Shown here piece by piece: positions 41,787 to 52,458 of a stretch of DNA of 64,000 nucleotides (the stretch's first letter is position 1; every line of letters starts with the position of its first letter). The translations under genes were made by a program, and so were the position numbers. Below the pieces are notes generated by a model, which worked only from the letters and a program-made list of their open reading frames with translations, searched no databases and was not told the DNA's origin. Source of the stretch: an uncultured Collinsella sp. GTDB taxonomy: Bacteria > Actinomycetota > Coriobacteriia > Coriobacteriales > Coriobacteriaceae. The stretch spans positions 2,711 to 66,710 of the forward strand of contig UQIE01000006.1 of NCBI GenBank assembly GCA_900541065.1, written 5' to 3'.

Positions 41787-42779
41787 CTAGTCCACAATGA
41801 CAAGGAATGTCGTGTAGAGACCCAGATGGAGCCTGTCGCTGTTGGCGATTTCCACGGGGGGATAGACTTTGCCGGGTTCGCGTTGGTCGCGCGGCGGCTC
41901 AATCACAATATCGCCGTCGCCCGCGCCCGATTCGAGCACTGTGCCGTTGGTCGATCCAAGGCCCTGGGCGTACCAGTGCTCACCCTCGAGCCAAATGCGA
42001 AGATGCTCGCGCGAGGCGTCGGCGCCTACATCGGTGATGCTGGGCGAGGTTTTGGGCAAAGAACCAATCACGGTGCCGCGCGGATCGCGTGTGAGGGGAT
42101 GGATTTGCATGTCGGCGCAGTTGTCGGCATGGGTTCTGAGCAGACCGAGGTTGGGAGCGACGGTGTGCGGCTGCTCCAGGCTGCTCATAAAGCCGCGTCC
42201 GACGGTAGTTTCGGTGGTGCCAAAGTGCCCGCCCGTCTTGCTGGCGCAAAAGCGCTCGACGGTGGTCACGCCCTGAACGGGATCGGCGAGCGCCCCCGTT
42301 GCCACAAAGAGCATAAGGTAAAGCGTGCTTTTCTCGCGCACGGCATTGCCGTCAAAGTTGTCGATGCGATTGAGGGCATTTGCATATAGGCGGCTGTCCA
42401 GCTTGTAGCTGGCGAGAGCCGACATCATTTCGTTGGCGGCCGGACCGCGATAGTGCTCGGCGATTGCCCGATAGGCGGACTCGCCGCCGCCGAGCTTGCT
42501 GCAGATTGCCGAGGAAAGGTTGAGCGTGGTGACGGTAAAGTCGCTGTAGATGGAGGGCGCGCACTGGTCAGGCTTGCGATGGACGATGTAACGGGTGAGA
42601 TACGAGCGGTTGGAAGAGCATTTCTCGAGCAGGGTACTGCCGAGATAAGAGTTTCCATTGATGAGCATTCGGGCGATCTCGAGATGTTTAAGACCGCCGA
42701 ACGAGCGAATATCGTTATAGAGGACCGAGCAAGGCGTCTCTGCTGCCACGGATACCTCCTTTGATTGCTTCCTAGCCAA
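41787..42779 (-). CDS. FHA domain-containing protein with an N-terminal domain of about 220 aa of unknown function
   Basis: C-terminal FHA signature (...REHLRIWLEGEHWYAQGLGSTNGTVLESGAGDGDIVIE...LHLGLYTTFLV); directly downstream of the kinase gene. Confidence 0.7.
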   Translation of the reverse strand: MARKQSKEVSVAAETPCSVLYNDIRSFGGLKHLEIARMLINGNSYLGSTLLEKCSSNRSYLTRYIVHRKPDQCAPSIYSDFTVTTLNLSSAICSKLGGGESAYRAIAEHYRGPAANEMMSALASYKLDSRLYANALNRIDNFDGNAVREKSTLYLMLFVATGALADPVQGVTTVERFCASKTGGHFGTTETTVGRGFMSSLEQPHTVAPNLGLLRTHADNCADMQIHPLTRDPRGTVIGSLPKTSPSITDVGADASREHLRIWLEGEHWYAQGLGSTNGTVLESGAGDGDIVIEPPRDQREPGKVYPPVEIANSDRLHLGLYTTFLVIVD

Positions 42780-42928
42780 TATGGCGATAGGAATTAATGG
42801 CCCCCGGTGGGCGACGTATTAAATGGCTGCGCAATATATAGCGTAACCAAAGCAACATTATAGGCCACATGTTCGAAATTGCAGGAAGACCGAGAGATTT
42901 TGGTTGGACTGAACGGAAATCCCCCTCT

Positions 42929-42985
42929 GTCTTGTTCTATAACATTTGGACCCGGTTTTGCCCTGCATCTGTTACAGATTGACAC
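42929..42985. repeat. Family D hairpin unit D6 (single, degenerate)
   Basis: TGTCTTGTTCTATAACA-N-TGTTACAGATTGACAC. Confidence 0.65.
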
Positions 42986-43256
42986 AATCGGCCAGGCCCA
43001 CCTCGTCCGCCTCGTCATCTGTGGTTTACGTGGGGGCATGCGAAGCGCGGGTATACTAACCGGCGGCGAATCTGCTCCATCGCTTAGAGCTGCTGCGTCT
43101 GGACGGCGCGTGATAGGGCTGCCAAAGCGATCGCCAGCGTGCTGAGCAACGTCCTCTCTGTGCGCACCTGTTTTTGTATGTATTAGCGCACTACCAAGCA
43201 CGCTCGCGCGGCCGCATGCCGTGCCCATAACGCGTGCAGATAAGGAACAACAACAT

Positions 43257-45425
<2,169 letters not shown>

Positions 45426-45491
45426 CATACGCATCGCACGCTAGAGCGAGGCGAACTAAGGGCCCCGAGCAACTACGCTCGGGGCCCTTTT

Positions 45492-45635
45492 TGGTGCAAT
45501 GGGGCCAGGTTAATCTGCATCAACGTCTTGAAGTTGCGGTGGAATACGGACTGTTTTGGCCTTTTGAGCGGCTTTGCAGTCCCTATTTCACCGCAACTCA
45601 TGATTGGTGCAAACAAACCTGACCCCATTGCACCA
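45492..45635. repeat. Family B MITE-like element carrying a nested family A repeat (A4 at 45531-45598)
   Basis: Left end TGGTGCAATGGGGCCAGGTTAATCTGCATCA, right end TGGTGCAAACAAACCTGACCCCATTGCACCA; the family A copy has one arm mismatch. Confidence 0.8.
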
Positions 45636-45881
45636 GAGCAAGGAGTGTCCCCGGGTGCCGGCAGAAAAGGAACGTCCCTAAGTGCCGCCTAAATACCGTT
45701 CATCGGTCATAATGGTTGCTCCGGCTTTGGACTTGGTCTACAATAGCTCCCGTCAAAAGAAATGCGGAAGGTTACCGAGTCCCTCGGACGTGGGCCTAAC
45801 CAAAGTCTTTGAACGGGTGTGTCTCTATGGATGCATTCGCTTGATTTTGGTTGGGCTATATTTATGAAGGGACATGCCACC

Positions 45882-46394
45882 ATGGGTTTCTTTTCTCGCC
45901 TGATGGGCGGTTCGGATGAGCAGAAGACTGCAACTTCCGAGTTCGAAATCCTCGCTCCCGTTTCTGGCGAGCTTGTTCATCTAGAAAATACCAATGACCC
46001 CGCTTTTAGCAGCCGTGCCGTGGGCGATGGCGTTGCCGTGGTTCCCCAAGAGGGAACGGTGTGCGCTCCTGTTTCCGGCACCGTCGCGGCGCTGTTTCCG
46101 ACTGAGCACGCGCTGGGCATCATGTCCGACGACAGCTCTGCTCAGGTGATGCTGCATATCGGAATCGACACTGTTAAGCTTGAGGGCAAGGGCTTCCATG
46201 CGCTTGTTGCTCAGGGTGACCATGTCGACGCGGGCCAGCCCCTCGTCGAGGTCGATTTCGACGCGGTCCGCGCCGCCGGCTTCGATCCCACGGTCTTCGT
46301 TATCGTGTGCGAGCGCTCGGAGAACTCGACTCTTCGTGAGCATGCTTCCGGCCCTGTTGCTGTTAAAGAGCCTGTCGTCTGGCTTTCCGAGTAA
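45882..46394 (+). CDS. crr: PTS glucose-family EIIA component
   Basis: EIIA-Glc fold with active-site His region (GKGFHALVAQGDHVDAGQPL, MLHIGIDTVKLEG). Confidence 0.85.
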   Translation: MGFFSRLMGGSDEQKTATSEFEILAPVSGELVHLENTNDPAFSSRAVGDGVAVVPQEGTVCAPVSGTVAALFPTEHALGIMSDDSSAQVMLHIGIDTVKLEGKGFHALVAQGDHVDAGQPLVEVDFDAVRAAGFDPTVFVIVCERSENSTLREHASGPVAVKEPVVWLSE

Positions 46395-46400
46395 ATTCTT

Positions 46401-47267
46401 GTGGTGGGTACCGTGGTTATCAAGCGAGTTTTTAACAACAACGTCGCAATGGTCACTTCGGACGATGGCTCCGAGCTCATCGTCATCGGTCGAGGCCTCT
46501 GCTTTGGCCGTCATGCCGGCGATGCCATCGACGAGGCGTCGATCGAAAAGACCTACGCGTTGCAGGAGGGAACTTCTCAGGATTCGCGTACGATTGACCG
46601 CTTGGCACATCTTTTGGAGTCCATCCCCACCGTCAACCTCGTGATTGCCGAGGACATTGTTCAGATGCTCCGTCGAGAGCTCAATGTTGATATCAACGAC
46701 AAGATTCTCATTGCTCTCGCAGACCATATCAGCCTTGCTTTGGAGCGCGAGCGCAAGGGCGTCTCCTGTGAGAATCCGTTGCTGCTCGAGATCCAGCAGT
46801 TCTATCGCAAGGAGTATGCACTTGCGGGCCGTGCGCTGCAGATTATCAAGGAGTATATGGGCATCCAGATGAGCGAAGAAGAGCAGGGTTTTATTACGCT
46901 GCATATCGTCAACGCCACCATGCCGCAGCGCTCCGACCGTTTGATTGTTTCGGTCCAGCTTGTTCGCGACGTGCTCGCGATTGTTTCCAAGCGCTATGCT
47001 ACGACCCTCGATGACACCTCGCTGCCTTACGAACGTTTCGTTCGTCACCTGCAGTTTTTCGCACAGCGAGCGCTCGATCCTACGGCAGGGCAAATCAACG
47101 GAGACGCGCTGTTCCGAATCGATGAAACGGCGTATCCCTGTGCATTCTCGTGCGCGGACGCCATAGCCGCCCACTTGTCGTCTACCTATAACGTTGTCGT
47201 TACCGATGCTGAGAAGAGTTATCTCGCATATCACATTGTTAACCTGCTTGGAGAACCTGGTCTCTAG
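46401..47267 (+). CDS. licT: BglG/LicT-family transcriptional antiterminator (CAT RNA-binding domain plus two PRDs)
   Basis: N-terminal VIKRVFNNNVAMV (CAT domain); conserved PRD histidines (FITLHIVNA, AYHIVNL); GTG start. Confidence 0.85.
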   Translation: MVGTVVIKRVFNNNVAMVTSDDGSELIVIGRGLCFGRHAGDAIDEASIEKTYALQEGTSQDSRTIDRLAHLLESIPTVNLVIAEDIVQMLRRELNVDINDKILIALADHISLALERERKGVSCENPLLLEIQQFYRKEYALAGRALQIIKEYMGIQMSEEEQGFITLHIVNATMPQRSDRLIVSVQLVRDVLAIVSKRYATTLDDTSLPYERFVRHLQFFAQRALDPTAGQINGDALFRIDETAYPCAFSCADAIAAHLSSTYNVVVTDAEKSYLAYHIVNLLGEPGL

Positions 47268-47366
47268 GCATAACGTGCCCACACATCGATTGATATAAGG
47301 CAAGGCTCACGGTCTTGTCCAGGGCACATCTGTCTTAATTTGCGGAAAAGGAAGGGGAGTACCGCT

Positions 47367-48983
47367 ATGACCGCAAAAAAGAAGTTCAATTTCAAAGCGC
47401 CGTTGGAGGTGTTCGCGAAGTCGATCGTTCAGCCGATGATGTATCTTTCGGTTGCCGGCATCCTGCTCATCGTGGGCATCATTCTGACCAACAAGACCAT
47501 TTGCGCTTTGGTCCCCGTACTGGGCTCCGGTCCGTTCCAGCTTGTGGGCGCCGTTGTCTATCAGTCGCTGATGTTTATCATCAACAACCTCTCGATTCTG
47601 TTCTGCGTGGGCATCGCCGGCGCCATGGCAAAGAAGAACAAGGGCCATGCTTCGCTGATTGCCCTGATGTCGTTCTTCCTGTTCCTGCAGGCTAACAACA
47701 TCGTGCTCAACGCCACCGGCTCTCTTGCCGATGCGAGCGGCATGCTCGGTCTTACCGGAACCGGCCAGGCCACCGTTATGGGCATTCAGGTGCTCGATAC
47801 CGGCGTGTTCGGCGGCATTATTCTCGGTTGCATCACCGGTGCCGTGTTTAACAAGTACTCGAACAAGCAGTTCCCCATTGCCCTTTCGATGTTCTCGGGC
47901 GTTCGCTTCCCGTTCCTGATCATGATCATCATTTCCTGGATCATGGGCGCTGGCTTCTGCATCGTTTGGCCTCCGGTTCAGGGCGCCATCTCCTCCGTTG
48001 CCGGCATCATTAAGGAGTCGGGCAACATCGGTCTGTTTATCTACGGTATGCTCAACAAGCTGCTCGTTCCCACCGGTCTGCACCACCTCATCTACACCCC
48101 GTTCCAGTTCTCCGATGTGGGTGGCACCCTGACGCTGGGCGATCAGGTTATCGCCGGCGCCTACCCCATCCGTGTCGCCGAGATGGCAATGACGGGCCAG
48201 CCCTTCTCCGATAGCACCTACTTCAACAGCTACACCTTCAACAACCTGTGGCCCTACATCGGTATCGGTCTCGCCTTTATCGTCACCGCTTACAAGGGGA
48301 ACAAGGATAAGACCAAGGCCGTTATCATCCCGCTGATCATCACCGCCGTGCTCTCCTGTGTCACCGAGCCCATGGACTTCCTCTTTGTCTTTGCCGCTCC
48401 CGTGCTCTTTGTCGTTCACTCGGTTCTTTCCGGCATCTTCCTGGTCCTGCTCAAGGTCCTCTCCGTGCCCGCTTCGACTGCAGGCGGCATCATCAACATC
48501 GTGGTTTCCAACCTGGTCCTCGGTGTCGACAAGACCAACTGGCCGGTTATGCTGGTGCTTGGAGTCGTCAACGCCGCTCTGTACTTCTTCCTCTTCACCT
48601 TCCTCATCAAGAAGCTCAACCTCCACACGCCTGGTCGCGAGGAGGAGTCCGAGCTCGCCGAGTCCGTTGCCGAGGGCGAGGCCGCCGCGTCTGTCGCGGT
48701 GAAGCAGGGCGCTGTTGCCGCGGCTCCCGCAGAGGGCGTCGATGCAGGTATTGCCGACCTGGTCGCAGGTCTTGGTGGCAAGGACAACATCGAGGAGCTC
48801 GAGAACTGCTTTACGCGTCTCCGCGTGAACGTTAAGAACCCGGACCTCATCAATGAGGACCTCATCAACCACGTGCCCAACAGCGGCATCAACCGCAACG
48901 GCAATAATACCCAGATCATCTTTGGCATGAAGGTCGCCGAGATGCGCGACAAGGTCGAAAACGCAATTGAGAAGGAGCAGTAA
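47367..48983 (+). CDS. PTS glucose/alpha-glucoside-family EIICB component
   Basis: EIIC membrane domain plus C-terminal EIIB with the phospho-cysteine motif ENCFTRLRVNV; GGAAGGGGAG RBS. Confidence 0.88.
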   Translation: MTAKKKFNFKAPLEVFAKSIVQPMMYLSVAGILLIVGIILTNKTICALVPVLGSGPFQLVGAVVYQSLMFIINNLSILFCVGIAGAMAKKNKGHASLIALMSFFLFLQANNIVLNATGSLADASGMLGLTGTGQATVMGIQVLDTGVFGGIILGCITGAVFNKYSNKQFPIALSMFSGVRFPFLIMIIISWIMGAGFCIVWPPVQGAISSVAGIIKESGNIGLFIYGMLNKLLVPTGLHHLIYTPFQFSDVGGTLTLGDQVIAGAYPIRVAEMAMTGQPFSDSTYFNSYTFNNLWPYIGIGLAFIVTAYKGNKDKTKAVIIPLIITAVLSCVTEPMDFLFVFAAPVLFVVHSVLSGIFLVLLKVLSVPASTAGGIINIVVSNLVLGVDKTNWPVMLVLGVVNAALYFFLFTFLIKKLNLHTPGREEESELAESVAEGEAAASVAVKQGAVAAAPAEGVDAGIADLVAGLGGKDNIEELENCFTRLRVNVKNPDLINEDLINHVPNSGINRNGNNTQIIFGMKVAEMRDKVENAIEKEQ

Positions 48984-48986
48984 ACA

Positions 48987-50369
48987 ATGATCATTACTCT
49001 GTGTGGTGGCGGATCCACCTTTACCCCCGGCATCGTCAAGTCCATCGCCCTGCGCAAGGACGAGCTCGACGTTGACGAGATTCGTCTGTACGACATCAAC
49101 GAGGAGCGCCAGCGCAAGATCGGCGTGCTCGTGGACTGGATTTTGCACGAGGACCTCGGCCTGGACATCAAGCTCACGGTGACCACCGACAAGGAGACGG
49201 CTTTTACCGACGCGAGCTTCGTGTTTGCCCAGATGCGCGTGGGCGGCTACGCCATGCGCGAGCAGGACGAGAAGATTCCGCTGCGTCACGGCTGCGTGGG
49301 TCAGGAGACTTGCGGTTGCGGCGGCCTTGCCTACGGCATGCGCACCATCTTCCCCATGGTCGAGCTGATCGATGACGTTGAGAAGTACGCCAAGAAGGAC
49401 TACTGGATTCTCAACTACTCCAACCCCGCCGCCATCGTCTCCGAGGGCTGCCGTGTGCTGCGCCCGAACGCTCGCATCATCAACATCTGCGACATGCCGA
49501 TTGCGATCATCGACGTGGTTTGCGCCGCGCTCGATATCGACAAGAAGGATGTTGAGTACGATTACTTTGGCCTCAACCACTTTGGTTGGTTCACCTCGAT
49601 CCGCCACAAGGGCGAGGAGGTGCTCCCGCAGCTGCGCGAGTACATCAAGGAGCATGAGATTCTGCTGCCCGATTCGTACCTCAAGGGCATGGGCTCGCTC
49701 ATGGCAAAGAAGCCCGAGGAGGCCACCGACGAGCACCCCGAGCAGAACCGCCACACCAAGGGCAGCTGGTACTACGTCTGGAAGGGCGAGTACGAGATCA
49801 TGGAGTGCTTCCCGGAGTACCTGCCCAACACGTATCTGAACTACTACCTGCAGCAGAAGGAGTTCGTCGAGCACTCCAACCCCGAGCGCACCCGTGCTAA
49901 CGAGGTTGAGGAGACGCGTGAGAAGAACCTCTTCGACGGTATCGATCACTACGAGAAGACGGGCGAGATCGACGAGAGCACGTTCTATGCGGGCAGCCAC
50001 GGCGACTGGATTGCCGATCTGGCTATCGCTCTGAAGAACGACACCAAGCAGCGCTTCCTGGTCATTTGCGAGAACAAGGGCGCCATCCCCAACATGCCCT
50101 ACGACGCTATGGTCGAGCTGCCTGCCTACATTGGCAAGAACGGCCCCGAGGTCATCAGCCGCGACAACATTCCGCTGTTCCAGCAGGGCCTCATGATGCA
50201 GCAGCTGAACTCCGAGAAGCTCATTGTCGAGGCTACGATCGAGGGTTCGTACGAGAAGGCGCTTAAGGCCTTTACGCTCAACAAGACTGTGCCGTCGATG
50301 AAGGTCGCCAAGGAGGTTCTCGACGACATGATCGAGGCCAACAAGGGTTACTGGCCCGAGCTTAAGTAA
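48987..50369 (+). CDS. 6-phospho-alpha(beta)-glucosidase, glycoside hydrolase family 4 (GlvA/MalH-like)
   Basis: MIITLCGGGSTFTPG N-terminal NAD-binding motif; GH4 Mn/Cys region (NHFGW, CDMPIAI). Confidence 0.88.
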   Translation: MIITLCGGGSTFTPGIVKSIALRKDELDVDEIRLYDINEERQRKIGVLVDWILHEDLGLDIKLTVTTDKETAFTDASFVFAQMRVGGYAMREQDEKIPLRHGCVGQETCGCGGLAYGMRTIFPMVELIDDVEKYAKKDYWILNYSNPAAIVSEGCRVLRPNARIINICDMPIAIIDVVCAALDIDKKDVEYDYFGLNHFGWFTSIRHKGEEVLPQLREYIKEHEILLPDSYLKGMGSLMAKKPEEATDEHPEQNRHTKGSWYYVWKGEYEIMECFPEYLPNTYLNYYLQQKEFVEHSNPERTRANEVEETREKNLFDGIDHYEKTGEIDESTFYAGSHGDWIADLAIALKNDTKQRFLVICENKGAIPNMPYDAMVELPAYIGKNGPEVISRDNIPLFQQGLMMQQLNSEKLIVEATIEGSYEKALKAFTLNKTVPSMKVAKEVLDDMIEANKGYWPELK

Positions 50370-50400
50370 AAGCAACAGGGTCGCTGGCCGCATGCCTGAA

Positions 50401-50450
50401 GCAATGCCCCGCCCACGTGATTGCGTGGGCGGGGCATTGTCGTTTGGTAA
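50401..50450 (+). terminator. intrinsic terminator after the PTS operon
   Basis: 16-bp stem CAATGCCCCGCCCACG / CGTGGGCGGGGCATTG followed by TCGTTTGGT. Confidence 0.65.
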
Positions 50451-50625
50451 CGCGTTTTATCAAATATGGCATTTATCTGCGGTAATGTTCTATTTCACCG
50501 CCGAGGGTGACATTTCATACCGCCTGCCGAACTGCGTGGAGGCCTAACAACTTTATAGGTCAGTGTTGTGCGTGTAGCAACTTCGCCCGGCCTCGCCTCC
50601 GGGCTGCCGCATGAGAGGGGATCTT

Positions 50626-52458
50626 ATGGCACGACTGCACGTAATGGAACGCAGCCACGCTCAGGCTGTCATGGACGACCTGCACGATGCGCTCGGACGT
50701 CGTCTGGCGGTGAGTTCGCTCGCCCCGTGTCCCGTTGAGTTTACGGCAGCGCTCGTCAACCTGTGCTCCACCCAGAGCTGCGGCAAGTGCACGCCCTGCC
50801 GTGTGGGCCTGAGCGCGCTGAGCGACCTGCTCGCCGATGTGCTCGAAGGCCGCGCCGACGAGTCCACGCTCAATCTGATTGAGCGCACCGCCCGCACCAT
50901 CTATCTTTCGAGCGACTGCGCCATCGGTTACGAGGCCGGCGCCATGGCGCTTACGGCTATCCGCGGTTTCCGCGACGACTTTGAGCACCACATCCGCGAG
51001 CACTCCTGTGGCTTTGACCGCGAGGCCCGCGTCCCGTGCGTCTCGGGCTGCCCGGCGCACGTCGACATTCCCGGTTACATTTCGCTCGTCGAGGCCGGCC
51101 GCTATGCCGATGCCGTCAAGGTCATCCGCAAGAACAACCCGCTGCCGCTCGTCTGCGGTTTGGTGTGCGAGCATCCCTGCGAGATGCACTGCCGTCGCGG
51201 CATGGTCGACGATCCCATGAACATCCTCGCCCTCAAGCGTTTTGCCGTTGAGCACAGCGACCTCAACGATTACAAGCCCAGCGTGGCCGACAACACCGGC
51301 AAGCGCATCGCCGTGATCGGCGGCGGCCCGGCCGGCCTTTCCTGTGCCTACTACCTGGCCGTGATGGGCCATAAGGTGACCATCTTTGAGCAGCGCCACC
51401 ACCTGGGCGGCATGCTGCGCTATGGCATTCCCAGCTACCGTCTGCCGCGCGAGCGCCTGCAGGCCGAGATCGACTGGATCTTGAGCGCCGGCATCAACGT
51501 TGAGCTCGATCACTCCGTGAACGGCGAGGAGCTCGCTCGCCTGCGCGACGAGTTCGATGCCGTCTACCTGGCCATCGGTGCCCATAGCGACAAGAAGCTC
51601 GGCCTTCCGGGTGAAGAGGCGCCCGGCGTGGAGTCGGCCGTCAAGATGCTGCGCGCCATCGGCGACGACGAGCTGCCCGACCTGAGCGGTCAGCGCGTGT
51701 GCGTCATCGGCGGCGGCAACGTGGCCATGGACGTGGCGCGCTCTGCCGTGCGCTGCGGTGCCGAAAAGGTGAGCATCGTCTACCGCCGTCGCATCTGCGA
51801 CATGACGGCCCAGGATGCCGAGATTGCCGGCGCCCAGGCCGAGGGCTGCGAGGTTCTTGAGCTCACCGCACCGCTCGCTATTGAGACGGGCGAAGATGGT
51901 CGCGTGAGTGGTCTGCGCGTGCAGCCGCAGATTATCGGCGAGCCCCGTCGTGGGCGCCCGGCCCCGCGTGCCGCCGCGACGCCCGAGCGCGTCATTCCCT
52001 GCGAGCGCGTGTTTGTTGCCATTGGTCAGGACATCGATTCCAAGCCGTTTGAGGAGATGGGCATCGCCTGCAAGTGGGGCTGCGTCGTCACCGATTCGGA
52101 CGGCGCCGTGCCTAACTTCGACGGCCTCTTTAGCGGCGGTGACTGCCAGACCGGTCCCGCCACCGTCATCCGGGCCATCAACGCCGGCCGCGTTGCTTCG
52201 GCAAATATCGACCGCTACCTGGGCTTTGACCACAAGATCAAGCTCGACGTTGAGCTGCCGACCGTGCAGTTTAAGGGCAAGCACGAGTGCGGCCGCTGCG
52301 AGCTGGGCGAGCGCGAGGCCGGCGAGCGCATCCACGATTGGAATCTGGTCGAGCAGGGCCTTACCGAGGAGGAGGCACGCCAGGAGGCAAGCCGCTGCCT
52401 GCGTTGCGACCACTTTGGCTTTGGCGCGTTCCGCGGAGGGAGGAACCTGGAATGGTAG
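50626..52458 (+). CDS. NAD(P)H-dependent oxidoreductase: NuoF-like soluble-ligand-binding/4Fe-4S module fused to a GltD-like FAD/NAD(P) domain (hydrogenase partner)
   Basis: CGKCTPCR cluster motif of the NuoF C-terminal domain, then GltD-like N-terminal Fe-S cysteines and two GXGXXG motifs (VIGGGPAGL, VIGGGNVAMD); GAGAGGGG RBS. Confidence 0.8.
   Translation: MARLHVMERSHAQAVMDDLHDALGRRLAVSSLAPCPVEFTAALVNLCSTQSCGKCTPCRVGLSALSDLLADVLEGRADESTLNLIERTARTIYLSSDCAIGYEAGAMALTAIRGFRDDFEHHIREHSCGFDREARVPCVSGCPAHVDIPGYISLVEAGRYADAVKVIRKNNPLPLVCGLVCEHPCEMHCRRGMVDDPMNILALKRFAVEHSDLNDYKPSVADNTGKRIAVIGGGPAGLSCAYYLAVMGHKVTIFEQRHHLGGMLRYGIPSYRLPRERLQAEIDWILSAGINVELDHSVNGEELARLRDEFDAVYLAIGAHSDKKLGLPGEEAPGVESAVKMLRAIGDDELPDLSGQRVCVIGGGNVAMDVARSAVRCGAEKVSIVYRRRICDMTAQDAEIAGAQAEGCEVLELTAPLAIETGEDGRVSGLRVQPQIIGEPRRGRPAPRAAATPERVIPCERVFVAIGQDIDSKPFEEMGIACKWGCVVTDSDGAVPNFDGLFSGGDCQTGPATVIRAINAGRVASANIDRYLGFDHKIKLDVELPTVQFKGKHECGRCELGEREAGERIHDWNLVEQGLTEEEARQEASRCLRCDHFGFGAFRGGRNLEW

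Noticed and set aside
47307-50393. 1028-aa minus-strand ORF antisense to the PTS operon; also 25653-28244(-), 28257-29873(-), 29429-31174(-), 4476-7187(-), 1363-3315(+), 8787-10301(-), 50560-52413(-), 61350-62654(-) and 45981-47303(-)
   Set aside because: All are long open frames on the strand opposite well-supported genes. This is typical of GC-rich DNA. None shows domain signatures or ribosome-binding sites.
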